Part shown: positions 29,593 to 31,652 of the stretch, piece after piece
How positions within the stretch are numbered: position 1 is the first letter of the stretch
Layout: every line of letters starts with the position of its first letter
Origin: Nitrospirota bacterium
GTDB taxonomy: Bacteria > Nitrospirota > Thermodesulfovibrionia > Thermodesulfovibrionales > Dissulfurispiraceae
Assembly (NCBI GenBank): GCA_013349595.1
Contig: DUZI01000001.1
Location: 1-31,652, forward strand
Direction: 5' to 3'
DNA: 31,652 nucleotides
Translations under genes and position numbers: made by a program
The notes under the pieces: generated by a model
Told to the model about the DNA's origin: nothing
Databases searched by the model: none
Seen by the model: only the letters and a program-made list of their open reading frames with translations

Positions 29593-31458
29593 TTATCTAT
29601 ATCTTCTCACAAAACGATTAAGGATTATCAATAGCGGAATCATGATCAAAAATACATCAACAGTCAGTTCTTTTGATAAATTCTTTGAATGAGCAGTTAT
29701 TGAACATCCATCACCACCACCATAAAAACCTGCATCCTTTGGTGTGGTCACCTCAATTACATTTGTGTAAAAGGTGAATACATCTCTCTCTTTAACAGAC
29801 AAATAACTCTGTTTAAAACCCTTGTATGCCCTTACCCTATAACGATAAGTGCTCTCACCTGCTATGTCAAAATCGCTGTAAGATGATATGTTTGGAGATA
29901 ACCTTGCAATCTCTTTATAATCAGCATCTACACCCATTTGCATCCTTTCAATCCTTATATTATCTATACCTGTGGCATTATTCTTCCAGTTAAGATGTAT
30001 CCTCAATTTTTCTGCACTTGTAGGTCCAAAAAATTCGCCATATAGGTTTGTCGGACTTAACAGGGCAGTCACTGATTTATAGGCGTTAATCCTGCCACCA
30101 GTCTTTATCTTGCCTATAAAAGCAGGGAGTGTATCTACATATGTCTCAATGATTGCCCTTGACTGATAAATAGAAAAATTATATTTCACATATTCAGGCT
30201 GTGTCATTACCAATCCTGCGAGTCCTACCACATGAGGGGTAGCCATTGATGTGCCGTCCCAGAAATATTTGTTTAAATACCCATTTAGATTAATGAGGCT
30301 TAATATATAAACCCCAGGGGCAGAAACATCTACCTTTGTGGGACCAAAATTACTGAATGAGGCAATATTATCGTTTTGATCACTTGCAGAGACAGAAATT
30401 ATATTAGCCAATCCATAATTACAAGGATAAGATGGCGATAAATCGTTATTTTCTGCATCATTTCCTGCCGCTGCAATAAACAATACCCCCTTTTCATTAG
30501 CCGAAGCAATGCTGTCATATTCAGCCTGAGAGTATGTGCTACTTCCATAACTAGCATTTACAATCTTTGCACCCATCTTTACAGCATAATTAAGTGCTGA
30601 TACAACATCGGCAACTGTCCCACCACTACCATCAGAGTTTAAAAATTTTAAAGCCATAATCTTAACATTCCAGAGTATTCCTGAAATACCCAAATTGTTA
30701 TTAGTAGTAGCACCAATAACACCTGCACAATGAGTCCCATGCCCATGATCATCCATTGGATTATTATTGTTTTTTGCAAAATTCCAACCAAAACAATCAT
30801 CAACATAGCCATTTCTATCATCATCTTTGCCATTATTACAAATCTCTCCACTGTTAATCCAAATCTTACCAAATAAGTCTTCGTGATTGTAATCAATCCC
30901 TGTGTCTATGACTGCAACTACGAGATTGTCACTACCCCTTGAATAATCCCATGCAAGGGGTGCCTTAATATCTGCACCTACTGAACCACCCATCATCTGA
31001 CCTGTATTATTGAGTGCCCATTGTTGAACAAAATATGTATCATTTGGAATGGTAGTCCTAATGTATCTTTTATAATTAGGTTCTGCATAGGAAACATTAC
31101 TATTATTCATATATTCCAATAAGGCTGCTTTAACATCAAGACCATCTGGCAGAGCCAATAAATCAACCATTCCATCACCTATTACACCAAGTGATTTCTT
31201 GACAGTCACACCTAATGACTTATTAAAGGATTGGATTTCACTACTTTTTGCATTAGTCTTATACTTTACTATTAACTCTCCCTCAACATAATCATTTGTA
31301 GAAGCCTTTTGGGCCGTTTCTTTGATTTTCGATTTAAATTCTTGTTCAATTAAGTCCGACTTTATTGATTTGCTTGTTGATTCCTGACTACCACATCCAA
31401 ACAAGATTAAAATGCTCAAGGCAAAAAACATAGTGACAAAGATTAAGCTTTTTTTCAT
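29593..31458 (-). CDS. S8 subtilisin-family serine protease; predicted lipoprotein with FN3-like domain and C-terminal TM tail
   Basis: Triad VIDTGID, HGHGTHCAG, GTSMATPHV; LFGC lipobox-like site; YRYRVRAY; GGGDGCS + hydrophobic helix + RRYR. Confidence 0.93.
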   Translation of the reverse strand: MKKSLIFVTMFFALSILILFGCGSQESTSKSIKSDLIEQEFKSKIKETAQKASTNDYVEGELIVKYKTNAKSSEIQSFNKSLGVTVKKSLGVIGDGMVDLLALPDGLDVKAALLEYMNNSNVSYAEPNYKRYIRTTIPNDTYFVQQWALNNTGQMMGGSVGADIKAPLAWDYSRGSDNLVVAVIDTGIDYNHEDLFGKIWINSGEICNNGKDDDRNGYVDDCFGWNFAKNNNNPMDDHGHGTHCAGVIGATTNNNLGISGILWNVKIMALKFLNSDGSGGTVADVVSALNYAVKMGAKIVNASYGSSTYSQAEYDSIASANEKGVLFIAAAGNDAENNDLSPSYPCNYGLANIISVSASDQNDNIASFSNFGPTKVDVSAPGVYILSLINLNGYLNKYFWDGTSMATPHVVGLAGLVMTQPEYVKYNFSIYQSRAIIETYVDTLPAFIGKIKTGGRINAYKSVTALLSPTNLYGEFFGPTSAEKLRIHLNWKNNATGIDNIRIERMQMGVDADYKEIARLSPNISSYSDFDIAGESTYRYRVRAYKGFKQSYLSVKERDVFTFYTNVIEVTTPKDAGFYGGGDGCSITAHSKNLSKELTVDVFLIMIPLLIILNRFVRRYR

Positions 31459-31616
31459 CAGACAGCCTCCCTTTAGAAGATTTTTATTTTAAAGATGTCT
31501 CAAATTCGTCAATACTTAGAGTATTTAATCATCAGTCCTTCTTTAAGATCATCAAAACCCCTTTTTCTAACAATAAAATAAGTAATCTCAACACTCCTTC
31601 AAAAATTTTAACTTAA

Positions 31617-31652
31617 CCAAGATCCAGCGATAAGGATAAGTCTCTTTCATTC
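31617..31652. repeat. Family B element, second copy cut by the window edge
   Basis: AGATCCAGCGATAAGGATAAGTCTCTTTCATTC is identical to 26507-26539. Confidence 0.88.

Noticed and set aside
21363-30896. Shadow ORFs at 21363, 21959, 25225, 25938, 27600, 27919 and 30648
   Set aside because: Overlap confident genes in another frame or strand, with no homology signal
31459-31616. Gene fragment truncated by the family B element (…TYFIVRKRGFDDLKEGLMIKYSKY on the minus strand)
   Set aside because: About 30 codons, an upstream in-frame stop and no recognisable family

Overview
AT-rich bacterial window, probably from an anaerobe; the gene content is compatible with Nitrospirota (Thermodesulfovibrionia) or a deltaproteobacteria-like lineage, which is inference only. 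Contents: (i) a HATPase gene, an unannotated 57-aa Cys-rich ORF and a Ca/Na antiporter; (ii) a UPF0182 gene with an orphan cheR-TPR/cheW pair; (iii) a 12-kb minus-strand chemosensory operon (MCP-like, cheY, MNT, HEPN, STAS, cheA, a decayed block, MCP, cheW, bioY, cheR, cheB); (iv) a plus-strand glycan cluster (methyltransferase, two GT2, GT4, WbaP-type initiator); (v) pseudo-receiver-PilZ, AmrA, polyprenyl synthase, mtnA, rubrerythrin and an S8 protease. Seven non-coding structured repeats are scattered between the genes: five copies of a ~200-bp family A (one is a fold-back hybrid) and two copies of a ~140-bp hairpin family B. The two families share end motifs, and no transposase is visible. 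Best candidates for new biology: the repeat system, whose inverted copies bracket gene modules, and the chemosensory system itself. Its CheA carries an MshEN-type c-di-GMP motif, its first MCP-like protein carries a CheZ-like FQDxxxQ motif, and a toxin-antitoxin pair and bioY are built into the operon. No rRNA, tRNA or CRISPR array was recognised. All alignments and family calls were made by eye.
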